From the human T2T-CHM13v2.0 reference genome, Homo sapiens, in NCBI RefSeq assembly GCF_009914755.1, contig NC_060933.1: DNA of 64,000 nucleotides, one strand, 5' to 3'. The position numbers and the translations under genes are program-made. Shown here in pieces: positions 41,621-56,584 of this stretch. Each line of letters begins with the position of its first letter. Within the stretch, counting starts at the first letter, position 1. A model generated the notes under the pieces. The model was not told the DNA's origin. It saw nothing but the letters and a program-made list of their open reading frames with translations, and searched no databases.

Positions 41621-43658
41621 AAGTTGAAACAGAACTTGGGAATTATTTGGAGGAAAATGCATTTTTCCATTATTTGCTTTGAGTCACTATGCACTGAAAA
41701 AAAAAGTTCTGAACTTAGATAAATTCTCATGATTCATTCATTTAAATAATCCCTGCTCCCTCTGCCCCAAGACTCCTCAATACTGGCATTGTTCCAGGCT
41801 CTGGGATATAAAGATGAATGAGAGAGTCAGTTTCTGCACCCAAACTGAATGAGTATGACATCAGAAGTCTACATCTTGTATTCAAGGGGAAGAGCCACCA
41901 AGCTTCCCCTACAAAGAGGTGATGGAATTGTCTCCCAGTAGTTGGCTCTGATGTCTGTATTATAAAGCATTAATCTAATGATTGAACAGTAAAATACAAA
42001 GCTGTTGAATTTGGGCCCTCATAATAGGTGTAGAAATAATAGTGGTCCAGGGGTCAGGAGATCCAGGCTCTTGTGTGTTTAGTTATGAAAGTTTGCATGA
42101 CTTTGGGCAACTTGCTTCCTCTCCTGTGGCCTCAGTTTCTGCCTACGAATAAAGAGATGGGAGGAGATAATCTCTATGCTTCCTTCCATGAAGCTTGGGT
42201 CTGTGACAGCTTAAAGCAGGCCCTGAAATCCATCAGCAGGAGCACTTTGATTGGGAAGATACCCTATGGCTCACAAATTGGACTTTCGCCTTCCCCAGCT
42301 GTGTGAATGGCATCTCATCAATACGGTCATAGCATCTGGCTTAGAGAGTCAATGCACTGCCTCTGAATTGATTTTCAGAACCTTATTGCTGATCAGTAAA
42401 GGCCGTCTTAATATCTAAATGAAAGTCTATGAACTAGACCAACAAAGTGGCCTCAGAAAGGTGGGGGCAGAATTCTGAGTACCAGGAGGTGACTCTGTTT
42501 ATTTGTTTCCTAATTCTAATTAGAGAGAGGAAAAGAGTGTCAGGAGCCTTTAGTGATTCACATCTTAATAGCCTGGTTATAATTTATTAATCCCTTTCAT
42601 CAAATTTTCAGCATCCCTTTCCCCAGGAGTCTAAGACTGACTCAAATGTATTTATTGTTTCTAGGTGGGGTGTCATTAAATATTTGGCATCTCCTAAAGC
42701 TGGTTGGGAAACTGGATTATATACTACGTGCAGGCACACAATTTCTGAAGGGAAAAGCATGAACTGATAAAACATTAGGCAGAATGAAAGATATATGCAT
42801 ATTTTCTGCAATATTGGCAATACAGAGCTACCACTTCACTCTCTCCTGCAATTTCCCCTCACCAGTTAATCCAGTGGTTTTCCTTAAAGTAAAGCACCAG
42901 TACAAATAATACATGTGTTTATTCATTATTTTATTCATTCTAGTCCTCTTCACCTATGATGCACCAGAAATGTGGCAACATTATTAAGGGTCTATCATTA
43001 CCACAGAGCAGAAAAGTGTTTCAGGGGTCATTGTAAAGATCAGGAAACTGAAGCCGGGAGTGTTGAAAAGACTAAGAATCATAGCTTTTTAAGATGGAAA
43101 AGGATCTAATAGGTCTATTCTCTTTTGAGGCTGTAAACCTTCTACAGCATTTCTACCCAAAGTTGTCCTGCCAGAGACAGAGAGCTCATGATCTTCAGAG
43201 GCAGCTCTTCCATCCTGGAGATCTGGCCATTAGAAAGTCCTTCCTCAGCTGCACTAAAACCTTCCTTCCTTCAGTTTCTTCCTTATAGTCTTGTGGTTTC
43301 TGAGACATCCTTGGACCCTCGTTAGCAAATGAGAGGACTGGATGCTGGGTGAAGCCAGAGTGGGAAGGATCATGGGAGAGGGACAGCCAAGACACACACA
43401 GACACCAGTAGCCCCGGGCACTTCTGCCCCAGATGGGATGGTTTCCTGGATACAGTGGAACATTAACTATTCATACAACTTGTTCTGATTAAGAAAAGGA
43501 AGCCCTCAACGTGCTTTAATCTAGTTTATTGGAATTCTATAATAGATCTTAGTGTTAAAGCCTCAGCTAATAATGTCTTATTTTGGTACTTTTGAGCCTT
43601 TGTATTTCCCTTGGGTGCCTCATGAGAAAGAAAGTGGTTGGACCTAGGCAGAATTTAG

Positions 43659-43961
<303 letters not shown>

Positions 43962-46900
43962 CCCAAATCCCATTTTTATATCACCTCTCAAACTTAGGAC
44001 CTCTCAGACAGCAGACATTGACACTGTATACCCTTGGGCTCACATAGATTATCCTTGAACCCACAGAGTGCACATTTGGGCTCACACTGTCCGTTCTCAG
44101 CCTCCTTCCTCGACTACCAGATGCATCATTGGTCCCTTTGGGCCTTCTGTTTCTTAGTTCCTCTTCTCCTTGTAAAAGCAGGGGCCCTTTAGCATCTTTG
44201 GTCCAACATTTGTTTATATAACCAGGGCCTGCCCAGCGCTTCCAGCTTTCTTAATCACCAGTTTTCTTTGGAGAGCAGGGACTTCAGCATCTTTATTGGC
44301 CTATCTTAAAAGTGCACATACTCCTTTGTGGAGCCTTTTCTCTTCCCTATGAATAGGCAACATATAAACCTTATAACTTAACCAAAATCTACAAATTCTA
44401 TCTTTATAGTTATTTTAAATAATATAAACCAGTTCTCTCCTAAGAGTTGTCCCATCCATGCTGTCCCATAGCAATGGCATGATGAACATGTTCATGGAAG
44501 ACCCAGTATACAGACCCTCCACCTGGCTTCTAGTTATCCTGGAGCCAGCTTGCTGAAGGGCCTTAAGGTTTCCCAGTGGCTTGGTGCACCACATCTGGAG
44601 CGTGTGCACATCTCACACCCAGCCCACCAATGAGCAAGCATGATCTGGGGAAGCTCGCCTTGGGCCTCCAGCATTTTTTCTAACAAAGACATTATGAAAA
44701 TCTCTCAAGGTACAAACCCTCGGAAGCAGAGTAGCTGACATCAAACTTCCCACTATGTTCAACACTTCATTTGAGCAATGAAATATAGGATGGAATTTGT
44801 ACTGAATTTCTTACTAATGGGTCTTTAGAGGAGATTTGCACTGCCTGCTGTTGTCCAGCTATTTTCTCAAGAGAATTACCTTGTAGTCACCACAGTATGT
44901 ATTACTTTGGCCAAAAATCAAACCAGATGGTGAAAGATTTGGTCATTGAGTGACATTGGTTGTTATTGTGATGATAATAGTAATAGCTAACTATATAACA
45001 GTAGCCTGAGTCCTAGGCACTTTCTATACGTTGTCTTTAATCCTCACAGCTGCAGGAAAATATATATTATTGGTGGTTGTGCTGAAATGACAAGATGTTT
45101 TGCTGAGATCTCAAATCCACAAGTCCATCAGCTTCCTACCTTGTCTGGCACCAGTCCTGCTATGTCCATGAGCAGGGCACAGATCAGCAAAGCCAGTCAG
45201 AGGGAAAATGTTACTACAGAGAAAGCTTTGGCACCAAATCTTCTCACCCTGGTGAGATAGGCTAGACTATATCCAAACTGTAGCGTCCAAATTTGTGCCC
45301 CTAGATTAATCAAGTCCATCACTAAAAGTCATCCTAGCTCATTGTAGGAGCTATCATCTCCATGAGCAGAATTAAGGAAGGACACTTCCAAGGAAAAGAG
45401 CATAAAAGGGAAAGAAAGCATTATCCTGAGATCTGGTAGAGCAGGCTTAAATCTCCTACCTTACCCTCTCGCTTAGAAAATTATGGTGGAAGAGTGGGGC
45501 TTTATAAGCTAGAATATTGCCCTAGGCCCTTGTTAGCCAACTACAGTTACAGACATAATCAGTCTCAAAAGGAAAAAGCATCCAGTAGGGTATGCCATGT
45601 AGAAGGAATAGTTTTTAAAGTTTTGTGTTCCACCCACTGAAATTCTTTTTGTTAGCACAGAAATGGTAAATTACTGAGATGTGTGCAGATGCTTTCTGCT
45701 CCGGAACCACAGCCAACATCCCAAATCAATGAGGGCGCTCATTCTTGCCAAACCTAGATTCTTTCTCAACATGGTGCTCTAAGCATCTGTATTAGATAAT
45801 TGGAATTGGAGAATGGTTGAAATCCATTTGCCACTATTATCTTAGCACCCCAGTAGAGCAGTGCTCATCACTCATGTCAGAAAATTCCTGCTTATGAGCA
45901 GATTGTTTAAAAAGGTGTTTTAGCTTTCCTCTCCAGAGGTTGGAGCCTGCAGCCAACACACCCTCATAATTTGACCTTCTCTCTTTAACTCAGGGACGTG
46001 GGTGTTATCCTTGGTACAGAAAAATCAAGAGAATCAGAAAACTCTTGCTCAATTCTTCATTTGGACTTTAATCTTTTCCTCTTCTCTTATGTCTAGATGT
46101 GAAGCCAATGAATGGGAAGCTCAGTATTTTCCTCATGGTTTCCATGTTAATTAGTCACATAGTCTCACCTGTTCTAACTTCCATCTGGAAATATGCTCAG
46201 ATACTTTATACAAACTAGCTCACCAGACAGGTGCCTGCAGTGTGCATGGCAGAGGAAGTAACCCCCTTAGGAGTAAAAATAACATATATCCTGGATGAAT
46301 GCTAAACCAGACAGGAAGTCAGGACAACAGACTGGGACTTTCCTGAGCAAATGTGGGAGTAAGGCCACGTTAGTCAACACTATCTCTAAGAAGCACCTGG
46401 TATCAGTCCCATACTTACAGAATGTAGAAATCACAAGCATATCTCCATATTGATGTGACTTCACTTTTTCCCTCTAGCCTGATATCTAGACTAGGAGCAG
46501 GCCAAGTATCTCTCTGATTCCATTTCCCTACTTCTCAAATTAAGGAAAAAAACCTAGGGGTGCTTTTAAAAAAACACTTATAACATGTGACCAACCAATA
46601 TGTAAAACAATATACCCCTAGAAATGGAGATAATTGAAGCCTATCCCTGCCATTTGGATGCTGTCAATCCCCAGAGATGGGCTGTATGGAGGAGTCTTAA
46701 TCTTATTTAATCCCAGTTCATTATCTCCTGGAAGCGCGCATATGTGGTTGGCGTTCAGCTTGGAGATTAGTTTGTTTTCCATATGCTGCAAGTGAGTCCT
46801 GGCACAACAGTTTGTCTTCTTGACTCTCTGGAACTTTGGGAAAGCAGGACACATGAGAGAGTGAGCATTAGATGGACCCAACTTGGCAGGTCAACAGAGG

Positions 46901-47716
46901 ATGGTTCCAGTTTGTCTTCAGCTGCTGAGGAAGAGACCCAGCTTCCATCTAGGCTCCTACAGCTCTTACAGCTAGGACCAAGTGAAATAAAAAGAAACAA
47001 GGGATAATTGTTGAGAGATTTTACGTACTTTGAGATTTTTCTCTCTGTGGCAAAGGAGGTATATTTAATGTTTCTGTGGACTGATAAAAATAGGAGAGGA
47101 TAGGCAATGATAACTTAATAGGGTGGTGGCAAATTGGGGTGTTGCGGTTACAATCATAGTCCATTGCTCTTGGATGTTCATTATGTAGTCTTTGGCTTGT
47201 TAGCCACATGGTTAATATGAGAGAACGTGACTTTTTAGCTAAGTGTAGACAGTGTACGGCAGCATGAAAGAGACATTCATAAAGACCTTGGGTGTGTGGA
47301 CCTCCCATCTCGATGATCCCATGTGGGACCGAGTGGCAACAGTGGAAAGGACTAAGAAACAGTGTTGCCAAGATACTACTAGGGCTATCCTGGTAATTCA
47401 TGATTTTGTCACTTTAGAGTGACAGCTGTGCCCCTGGTGGGCCTGGTCTTTGAGCCCATTGGAATAACTGGAGAGGAACAGAAAGGTTGGCCTCCAGAGG
47501 GTGCACTAGGCACTGCCGCTGGTGGAGATCAAGTCAAGGTCCTGCTTGGATTACTGTTCTCCCTGATGGAAGCAGGTTGAGAAGTTCTGGTGCCTGAGTA
47601 CCAGGCGCTACTTAGATCTTCCTCCTCGTGCATAATCTCTTTTGGGAATCCCAGTCCGGGATTTCGTCTCTTCTCCGATGCAGCCACTATTTGGCCTCCA
47701 AAGGCCAGTGGGACTG

Positions 47717-47770
47717 AAGAGTGGCACAGGCGGGTGCATGGGCAAGAGTGGCACAGGCGGATGCATGGGC
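47717..47770. repeat. Tandem duplication, 2 x 27 bp
   Basis: AAGAGTGGCACAGGCGG(G/A)TGCATGGGC twice, with 1 mismatch. Confidence 0.92.
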
Positions 47771-49165
47771 GGTTGCCTTCGTTGCAGCCTAAGCTTGAGG
47801 GAGTGGCTTGCCTTCTCTGGCCCAGAGTTAGGGTGTAGCTTGAAGAAAGGGTACTCTAGAGGCCAGTTAACCACTTTCTGGCCAAAGATTCAAGCCAGGG
47901 ACCAAATGGAATTCCAGACTGACATCAGTCAGCCCAAATGACTAGGCCACTTGATTAGGATTTGGAACCATGAAAAGTAATGAAGACAGTGGGCATCTTC
48001 CTGCCTTTGGTCACCCTGCTACAGGGCCACAGCAAGCAGCTACACCAGATCCAGAGGTTTCCAACCTGGCTTCTTACGGACAAAACTATTCAGGATCATC
48101 CGTGTACAGATGAGGTCAGATGGCTTAGAAGTGGCAGAACCGGGATTGAAACTTTGCTCCAACTCTTCTTTGCAATGCACCAGTGGTCTGAGAGTCAGGA
48201 GGGATACCCAGGAAAGCTCTCCCTTTGGGTCTTGATTTCTGCATCTGAAAAATGCCTGACTTACACCAGGCCTTCTTCAAATTTGACATTTAGTGATTTG
48301 TTACGGTATCACGGCTCCTAATATTTGATTGAGGGTCTTGGCATTTTGATCTTCCTTTAAACAAATGCAGTCAAATCAGGAATTCAAGTCTGTAGCCAAT
48401 GAACTTTCCGCCCCCGTTATGAGAAACTATCCCCAGAATCCCAAAGAAATCAAGGTCCAGGACTCACCCCAGGGGAGGATTCTGCATACACATAACTTAC
48501 TTTGCCTTAAAAATACAAAACCTTGTGACGTCCTTCCCTCCCTCCACCTCACCCCCTTAAAGTCAATGACTTTCAACATCTTTCCCTTTCCAAGCCCTCG
48601 CAGAATTTTAGGCAAATTAAAGCAGGAACATTTGATCTTCTTCCCAGATGTTTTGATCACAGAAGGGCCACATATGTGCACACATTCCTGGATATTTTTA
48701 GATCTTTACAGGATCCAATGCTCTAACTGCTTTTTCACTCTGCGCTTTGTGACCACTGCTGGAGACACTCTGCCAAGGCAGCAGAGGCAGAGGCTGGTGG
48801 AAGAGGCTGGCACGGGGGAGGCTTCCAAAGCAGCCCCACTCAGTGATGCTCAGGGAGATAGCTGCCTGGAGCCATTCTTGGAGCCTGCAAAACTTTAGGC
48901 CCTGGAGCCTCTCTAGCCACCAAGAGGAAACAAACCACCACCATTTAAAAAATATGGGTTACACACATACTTTCTGGGAGAATTCTGTTTGCCAGTTCTT
49001 TAAACACACACACAAAGGCCTCAGTAGAGAGGTAACAAGGCACAGTAGAGAAAATATTGAACAAAAAGTCAGCAGATGTGCCTCTGGCTGGCTACGTGAT
49101 AAGTTACCTTTCTCTACTAGGCCTCAGTTTTTCCATGCAAAATGGGATGCATCATACTTGTAGCA

Positions 49166-49364
49166 CAGGGATCTGAAAACTATGCCTGCCAACTGGCTGC
49201 CTGTTCTTGTGACTAACGTTGTATTGGGACACAGCCTTGCTCATTTGTTTATGTATCGCCTGTGGCTGAGCTGCAAGGGCAAAGTTGACTAGTTGCAACA
49301 GAAACCATGCAGCCAACAAATCTAAAAAAATCCTGGCCAATTAAGAAAAAATTTCCTGGCCCGT
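49166..49364. mobile_element. MER58A (hAT-Charlie)
   Basis: 'cacagccttgctcatttgtttatgtat...agttgactagttgcaacagaaacc'. Confidence 0.75.
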
Positions 49365-49365
49365 G

Positions 49366-50177
49366 ATGTGGCAGATGTGGTACCTGATATGCCAAAAGAG
49401 CCCTACTCCCAGAGACTGGCCCTCCTTTCTCTTGGGGGAGGGGAGGTAGAAGTCGATGTGGGAAAATCCTAAAATGGGTTTCTTACTGATTCCCAGAGGT
49501 CTCCAATAGGGTTGCACCCACAACAGTACATTGGCACCCCCACGCTCTCAGCTTTCCCTATCTTCTCTGTTTCCTCTACCAGTGCTTCCTGGAGTCTCTT
49601 CCTCCACAAAGCCTCTTGCATTCAAATTTTTGACTCAGGATCTGCTTCTAGGGGTTCCCAGACTAAGACAGGATGTAACTCTGGTGCACTTTCTTCTTCT
49701 CCCTTGGCTGGTTCCCACTGGCACGAAGCTGCCCATTGACTTCTGGGCTTAGGTGAAATGCCAGAACACCTAAGGGATGTGTGTCCCTGAATGGCCACCA
49801 TGGTGCTGGACAACACGCCCCAGAAGTGGAGGGGACATTGCTCTCCATGAAGTCAATCTTGATCATGGGAGGGAAGCTGTCAGACAAGCATCCTCTGCTT
49901 TTTCCCTCCTTGGGCTTCTGGGAAGTGTGCTTTCTCTTTGTAAGCCTTCCAGGGAATTTCTGGGCGCTGAGCAAGCACTTCTGTCAAGAGACCTACTGTG
50001 TCTCTTTGGCAATTTTTTTGTGTAGTGGAAACTTGCACAATAACCTCCAAATCTTCCTGTCTTCCTTCCTAATTTTTTCCTCACCCTGAGAACCCTAGGT
50101 TTGCACCTCTCAAATAAAGTCCCAGCATTGTAATTCTTGCCTTAGGCTCTTATTACTAGAGGACCTGGGCTAAGGCA
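49366..50177 (+). mobile_element. Two old ERVL-type LTR remnants (LTR33/LTR16/LTR67-like)
   Basis: Two LTR-like 3' ends: 'ctgcttctaggggttcccagactaagaca' (~49670) and 'aataaa...gacctgggctaaggca' (~50177). Confidence 0.5.
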
Positions 50178-50409
50178 TGGCCTTGGTTTAGATATCTCTA
50201 AAGACTCTTTCTGCTGTGACATAATAGACTGGTACAAAATTCCATACTTCCAATACCTAAGGATAAAAAAATTTATGTATATATACTGTACTGGAAATAA
50301 AACACCATTTAATTCCTGCAGAGATTAGTTTCTGAGGTACGCCAGGGGTCTTGCTTGTTATAATTCCAATTGGACCAAGAGAGAAAGTTATAATAATTAT
50401 TAATAATGT

Positions 50410-50620
50410 TTATTATGTTTTATATGCTAGGCCTTGGGTTAAGTACTTTAAAGGCATTTAGTGTTTGATCTTCACTCTAACCTTACTGGGTTCTTTTATC
50501 CTCATTTTACACAAGAGGAAGATGAAGTTCAGCGAGGATAAGCCACTTATCCTAAATTGCACAGTAAATGGCCAAGCCAGAAAATGAAACTAGGTCTGAT
50601 GGATTCCAAAGACCATGTTC
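50410..50620 (-). mobile_element. MIR
   Basis: 'tatcctcattttacacaagaggaagatgaagttcagcgagg'. Confidence 0.65.
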
Positions 50621-50654
50621 ATAATTTTCAAAACTCTGTCTTTGAATATATGTT

Positions 50655-51092
50655 TTACCAATGAAAATATATGAATGGCAAATAAGCACAGGAAAAGATG
50701 CTCAACATCCTCAGTCACTAGGAAAATACAAATTAAAATCATGGTAAGATACCACTACATACCCACTAAAATGGCTAGAATTAAAAAGACTGACCAAACC
50801 TAGTGCTGGTGAAGATATAGAGGAACCGGAACTCTTGTACACTGCTGATGGGAGTGTAAAATGGTACAATGATTTTGGAAAACAGTTTGGTAGTTTCTTA
50901 AAAAGTTAAACATAAATTGATCATATGACCCAGCCATTCAACTACCAGGTATTTAACCAAAGAAAAATAAAAACATATGTCTACACAAAGATTTGTATGC
51001 AAATGTTCATGACAACTTTATTTGTAATAGCCAAAAACTAGAAACCCTCCAAATGTTCATGGGCAGCAGGTGGAGGAACAAATTGTGGTACA
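50655..51092 (+). mobile_element. L1M 3' fragment
   Basis: 'gaaaagatgctcaacatc...aaatggtacaa...catatgacccagcca...ttgtggtaca'. Confidence 0.85.
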
Positions 51093-51753
51093 CCCGTCTT
51101 CTTTTGATGACCCAATTGATTTCACATCACCTTCTGTACTTTCTCCAGTTCCCCAAGTATCTTCTGCCATTGAGGCCAGATCTGCCCATCTATACACTAT
51201 CAGGAGAAACTGGAGGCTTCTATTTTTCATGTTCACCCTGTTGAGAGAACCCACAGTCTGGTGGGAGAGACAGATACACAAGTCAGCCATCCCAGCATCT
51301 GTCTTGTGTGATGTTCTATGAAAGAGAGGCTGTGTGCTACCCCAGGAACAAGGAAGATGCAGGATAGCAATGAAAGAAGGCTTCTCAAATATGCCACAGC
51401 TGGATGCAGAACAGGGAATGGGGAGTGAGTATCTGTCAGACAGAAGTGGAAGGAGAGCATTCCAGACAGGGTATGGAATCTCCTTCCTCAAGGGCAAGGA
51501 CTTTGGAGTATCTGGGATGTTGATGGTCTGGTGTGACCAAAACTCAGTGGGAGATGAGGCTGAAGGGTAAGCCAGGGCTTGATCATGGAAGGAAGTCTTA
51601 GTGTGTGTGCCGAAGGGTATGGGCTCAAATTTGAGGGCACTAAACAGGCACGGAAGGTTCCAAGCCTGGAACTCACAGCTGCAGCTCACTCTGGTGGGTT
51701 TATTCATGGGGCCCTGCTCAAATCTTCCCTAGCAAAGCTGCTTTCTCTCTAGA

Positions 51754-51971
51754 TCGGGGTTTCTCAACAGCAACACTATCATTTGAGGCTGGATTATTCT
51801 TTGTTGGGGGTGGGGGCTGTTCTGTGCATCAGAGGCTGTTCAGCAACAGCATCCTTAGCCTCTATTCACTAGATTCTGGTAGCACTTCCCCAGTTTCCAC
51901 AACCAACAACGTCTTCAAACATTACCAGAAGTCCCCTGGGTGGCAAAATAGCTCCTGATTGAGAATCCCTG
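51754..51971. mobile_element. MER20 (hAT-Charlie)
   Basis: 'ggtttctcaac...ggattattctttgttgggg...cccctgggtggcaaaat...gattgagaatccctg'. Confidence 0.85.
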
Positions 51972-53004
51972 ATTTGTTTTTCTTTTTTGTGAATATGTAC
52001 ACAGATGACTCCTCTTGTATTTGTCCTCTTCCCTCTCCCCAAGGCCTGGCAATGTCCTGCTTCCAGCCTTTCCATGAGGGACACTGGATGCTGCCATTGG
52101 CTCCCTGCATTGCCTTATTTCAGCACCTGTGGCTCATGCTCGTGGAGCTGGGGCTGGTTGTGGGGAAGCAGCTGCCAATAGCTCTGTCTACCTCTGGATC
52201 GGGTCAGTAAGGCACCTCATCTCCTGCAGGGCACACCATGTAGTGTCCAGGAGCTTCCCGGTTGGATTCCCACCCCAAGGTCAGCTGGGAACAGAACTGT
52301 CCAAGCCTGTTGGCCCTGTACCCTCTGTCCGTCAGTCTCACTGTCTGCTACGCTGCAGTCTGGAGGGAAGCATCAGCTCAGGAAGTCTGCCAGGGAGAGG
52401 GCAGCAGGCCGGGGACAGAGGGCAGGTGGTGGTAGCTGGAGACCATGTGACTCCTGGAGGCTGTGTGTGTCACAGGGCAGAGCTGGCCACTGGCTCTTCC
52501 CTTGGCTCAGCCTGAGAAGCCTTCACATGACATCTCTGTGGGAGCCTTCATGTTGTGGGCAGAGGAGAGGGAGGTGGGAGGGAAGAGGGAAGTGTTTTTA
52601 GGATCCAAGCTAGAAATACAAAATACATTTGTGAATCACAAGCTGATCCTCATCACATGACCACAATAGCTTTGCCAATGCAGAAATCAGGCTTCGGACA
52701 CACATACGAAAAAATCTATCCTGCCCCTGCTATGTCTGGGCTGTGGTGGCCAAGAGAGTAAGAGAGTAAGAAAGTGGGGCACTGGAATTGGAGCAGGAGG
52801 CCAGGGAGCCAGCTATGCAGCCGGTCTCCATGTTCCAAAGCGTCACCAAAACCAGAACACAAAACCAGCCCCCATTCCAGCATTTTCTACATGCTTATTC
52901 ATATGGTAATCTCATAACAGCCACATTTCCCAGTGGAAAACCGAGGCCCAGAGTGATTCCTCCATGTTCCATTTTCTTCCTTCCTTAGAGTTTCCAGGGT
53001 TCAA

Positions 53005-53130
53005 TCTATATATATAATATTTTATTTTATTAATAAATATTAATAAAATTAATATATAATATAATATATAAAATATAATAACAATTGATATATATATAAT
53101 ATAAAATTTATATATATATAAATTTTTTTT
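53005..53130. repeat. AT-rich (TA)n low complexity
   Basis: Nearly pure A/T. Confidence 0.85.
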
Positions 53131-53849
53131 TTACTTGTGCCATCAGCTCACTCTATCTCTCTGTGTCCCCAAACTGCATAGGGCAGGTCCTTCCTGCTGA
53201 AGGGATGTGGCGAGGATCCTGAAATTATCCCCACTCCATAAGAGAGAACTCCAGGCAGGCTGGGGCTCAAAGTCCCAAGTCTAAGAGGTTAGAAGTGCAT
53301 GGGACTCTGAGTCAGGCTAGTCTAAACGGCTGCCAGGGTAAGAATGGGCCTGGCAAGCCTCTGAAAGCCCTGGAGCCTCCTTCCCCTCAGCAATGAGAGG
53401 AAAACCCCGAGGGTTCCACCAGCAGCCCCACCTCACCACCCACAGCGGGCCAAGAGCTTTATTTAGCTGAACTGAAATCTCACAGACCTGGAACATGACT
53501 CCTAAGCTGGTGTCCTTGCTGCCTAAGAGGACAAAAGCTCGTGAGTGGGCTTGGCCCCTCTGGGAAGACAGCCACCTGCCTCGTGCTTGCTGATTGTCTC
53601 ACCTCGAGGGCTCTTACTTTTAAAATAACATTTAATATATTTAATCTCATTACTTAAGCAAGATCTATTCAGTGTAGAATATTTGGGAAATCCAGAAAAG
53701 TATCAACAAGGAAATTAAGTTTACCATAATCTTACCAATTAGAGACAAGCACTGTTAGAGTATTAATAGTTTTCTCCTTGATTCTTGAGTCATGGATATG
53801 TGTATAGTTCCAAAAAGCAAAACCAGAATTATGTTTTATATACATTTAA

Positions 53850-54140
53850 AAAGATAATGAGTTCTAACATACTATAGTAAAAGGCACAGTTCTCAAGTGT
53901 GCAGCTCAGTACATTTTCAATTTGTTACACCCTTGAGAACGTCACTCAGATCACAATATAGAGCATTGCCAGACCCCAGAGAGCCCACCCTGCCCTTCCT
54001 CAGTCAATAGCTACACGCCACCTCCAAGAAGTCATCAGTCTTGTGACTTCCATTGTTGTAGATTACATCTGCCTATTCCCGAGCATTGCACACATGGATT
54101 CATACACTATGTCCTTTTGTGTCTGGCTTCACTCACCCAA
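53850..54140 (-). mobile_element. L1M 3' end
   Basis: 'ctcaagtgtgcagctc...tccttttgtgtctggcttc'. Confidence 0.7.
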
Positions 54141-56584
54141 TCTGTAGCATCTGCCACAAGCCTGGCCTCGAAAAAGCATGCCACATTGGCACGTTAAATG
54201 TATATGAGGTGCATGCTGAGGATTGAATGAATGAGTGAGTGAATGAATGAATGAGAGAATAGGCTTTAGCTGAGGTGTGGTCTCCCAACAGGATCCTGTG
54301 TTTTTAGTAACTATAATACCTGGTAGGCCACGGGGAAAGGGAGAGCAGGCAGGTGGCTGGTGGAATAGTCTGGGTGAGAAGAGGCGGCAACCCGAACTAG
54401 AAGGACGGTGGTGGGGACAGTGAGGAGGGAGCAGGTTGTACATGCCTGTCCCATCTGCCTGGCACTCATGAGCCCCATGAGCAGCAGGACAGATGTATTT
54501 TTAGAAATCCCCTCATACAGAGTAGCCACTCGACACCGTGTGGCTGCCTCACTGCCACAGAGTCCCAGGGACCAATGCCGAGCCCCCACAGGGGTCAAGC
54601 TTCTGGGCTGTGAGCTCACAACCCCCTACCGCCCTGCTGAGCAGGCAAGAATCATGCTCAGGTGATGAACAAGCACAAGGCAAGAGGACCCAGATGACCC
54701 TGGAGAGCATCCCACTGGAAAACGCAAGCACGTGGCTCATGGAGAAATGGGTGCTGTTGCCCTGCACCCCCAAAAAGAGATTCTTACTCCCTAGGATCAG
54801 AGGCATGGCATGGCTCCAAGCCAGGGTAGCCCCTGTACAGTTTAAAGGTGCCAGGGTTGGAAAGGACCCCTCTTCTGCCCTCACCCCGCCCAGTGCTTGA
54901 GCTCCCTTTGACATTCTTTTCAACACGGGCTCAGCTTTCATGCCTCCTTTTCCCTTTACTCCATAATCAGCACCCTAGACTTAGCCACCACTATCTCTCG
55001 CCTGCTCTGTCTTGCCACCTTCTTTCTCCGTCTGCTCCTGCTCCCTCTTATCCTCTTATCTGTCTCACCCTGCAGCCGGGAGTCGTTGCTCGCCATAGAT
55101 GTAGCTTGTGACAAAGTGGCTGGACCCTGCCAGAGAAGGAGCAATGTTATTGGAGAGGGACGGAGCCAGAGCAGCAGGAGAGAGCCGCTGGGCCATGCCG
55201 GTGGGAGGAGGAGCCACGGAAAGGACAGTGCCCCGGGAGCCACCAGCAGCAAGGGTAAGATGTTTAATGGAGGGACAGGGCAGGCAGTGCCTGGATGGCA
55301 CAGGTAGGTCTGGTACCAGGCAGGATTTTATTGTTTGATGAAGATTCATTGCCCTTGATTCTTCTCCTTGGGCTTGTACTTAATGATGGTGAGAGATGAG
55401 GAGGATGAAGGGGAGGTGCATACTCTTTTTCCTGAATGACAAAGCTGGGAGCTGGCGATGGCTTTGGGAATATGGGAAGTCAGTTTTCAGAAAGCTATTG
55501 GAGTAAAAGATTGTCATGTTATAAACTTCTAAACCACAGATGAACAGGCTTGAACAAACTGTTAGAACACCTAGTGTTGATTATTGAGAGTGTTTCTGCA
55601 GTGTGTGACTTGGCATGGTTCATTCGTGCTGTCCCTGAGAACAGTGACATTTCAGATTAGCAGTATTTTGGGGTTCCACTTGAAAAGAGCCCACCCCTCA
55701 GCTGACTGGTGCTGTCCTCTGCTGGGTGATTTAATGGTCAGGCATGCTTGGTGGAGAGGAAGCAGCATCACGGCAAGGCACCTGTACCCATCTGCCAGTT
55801 TGGATGAAGTGCCAAATCACAGGGTCAGTAATGCTTCTTGGCCAGAAAACATGAGCTGAGCAGCTGTCCCTGCCTGCTATCCATGAGAGGTTCTCTTACC
55901 AATTCAGCCTCAGGGAGGGAGAGAGTCCCCTGTAGTCAGACGGGTATGTGAGTGTCACAGCTAGGGGCAGAGGGAGACCAGGGAACCTGCCCTTAGCCAC
56001 TCACACAGATATGAATCCAGGAAGCTGAAAGGGAGCTCTTTCAGGCCAGGATGGAGGATACTCCCAGCATCCCCTATGGTCAGATGCATGGGTCCTTGGA
56101 GCACTCAGGGACCAGCCTAGGAGAAGAGATGGGAGCTGAACGTGTTATAGTTAAATAATTCCTAGATTGCAGAACATCTCCCAGCTTCATTTTTCTGTTT
56201 TGTAAAATGAATATAAATGAGATGAAGGATGCAAAATGCCCATAAACTGAATGGCATTATTTGAGTCTAAGTCATTATTTGCCCTGAAATTTTTGCATTT
56301 AACATTTTTGTCAACAATTTGGAGGCAGATACTGGATGCAGGCTTATCAAACATGTACAGAAAATAAAGCTGGGAGGGCTAGCTGAAACACAGCTATAGA
56401 GGACTCCAGATTGCAGAATCTGAAAGCTCAACTCTCCCCTGGCTTCCTTCCCCTGGATGCCTTCTCTGTGTGACCCTCAGAAAGCACAGTGCCCCTAACA
56501 GAACTCCATTTTTTCGTGGTGTGGCTGCTGCTTCTCTGTAGTGGGCAGAGAGGCCAGGGATACTCCTAAACACCCTACCATGCT

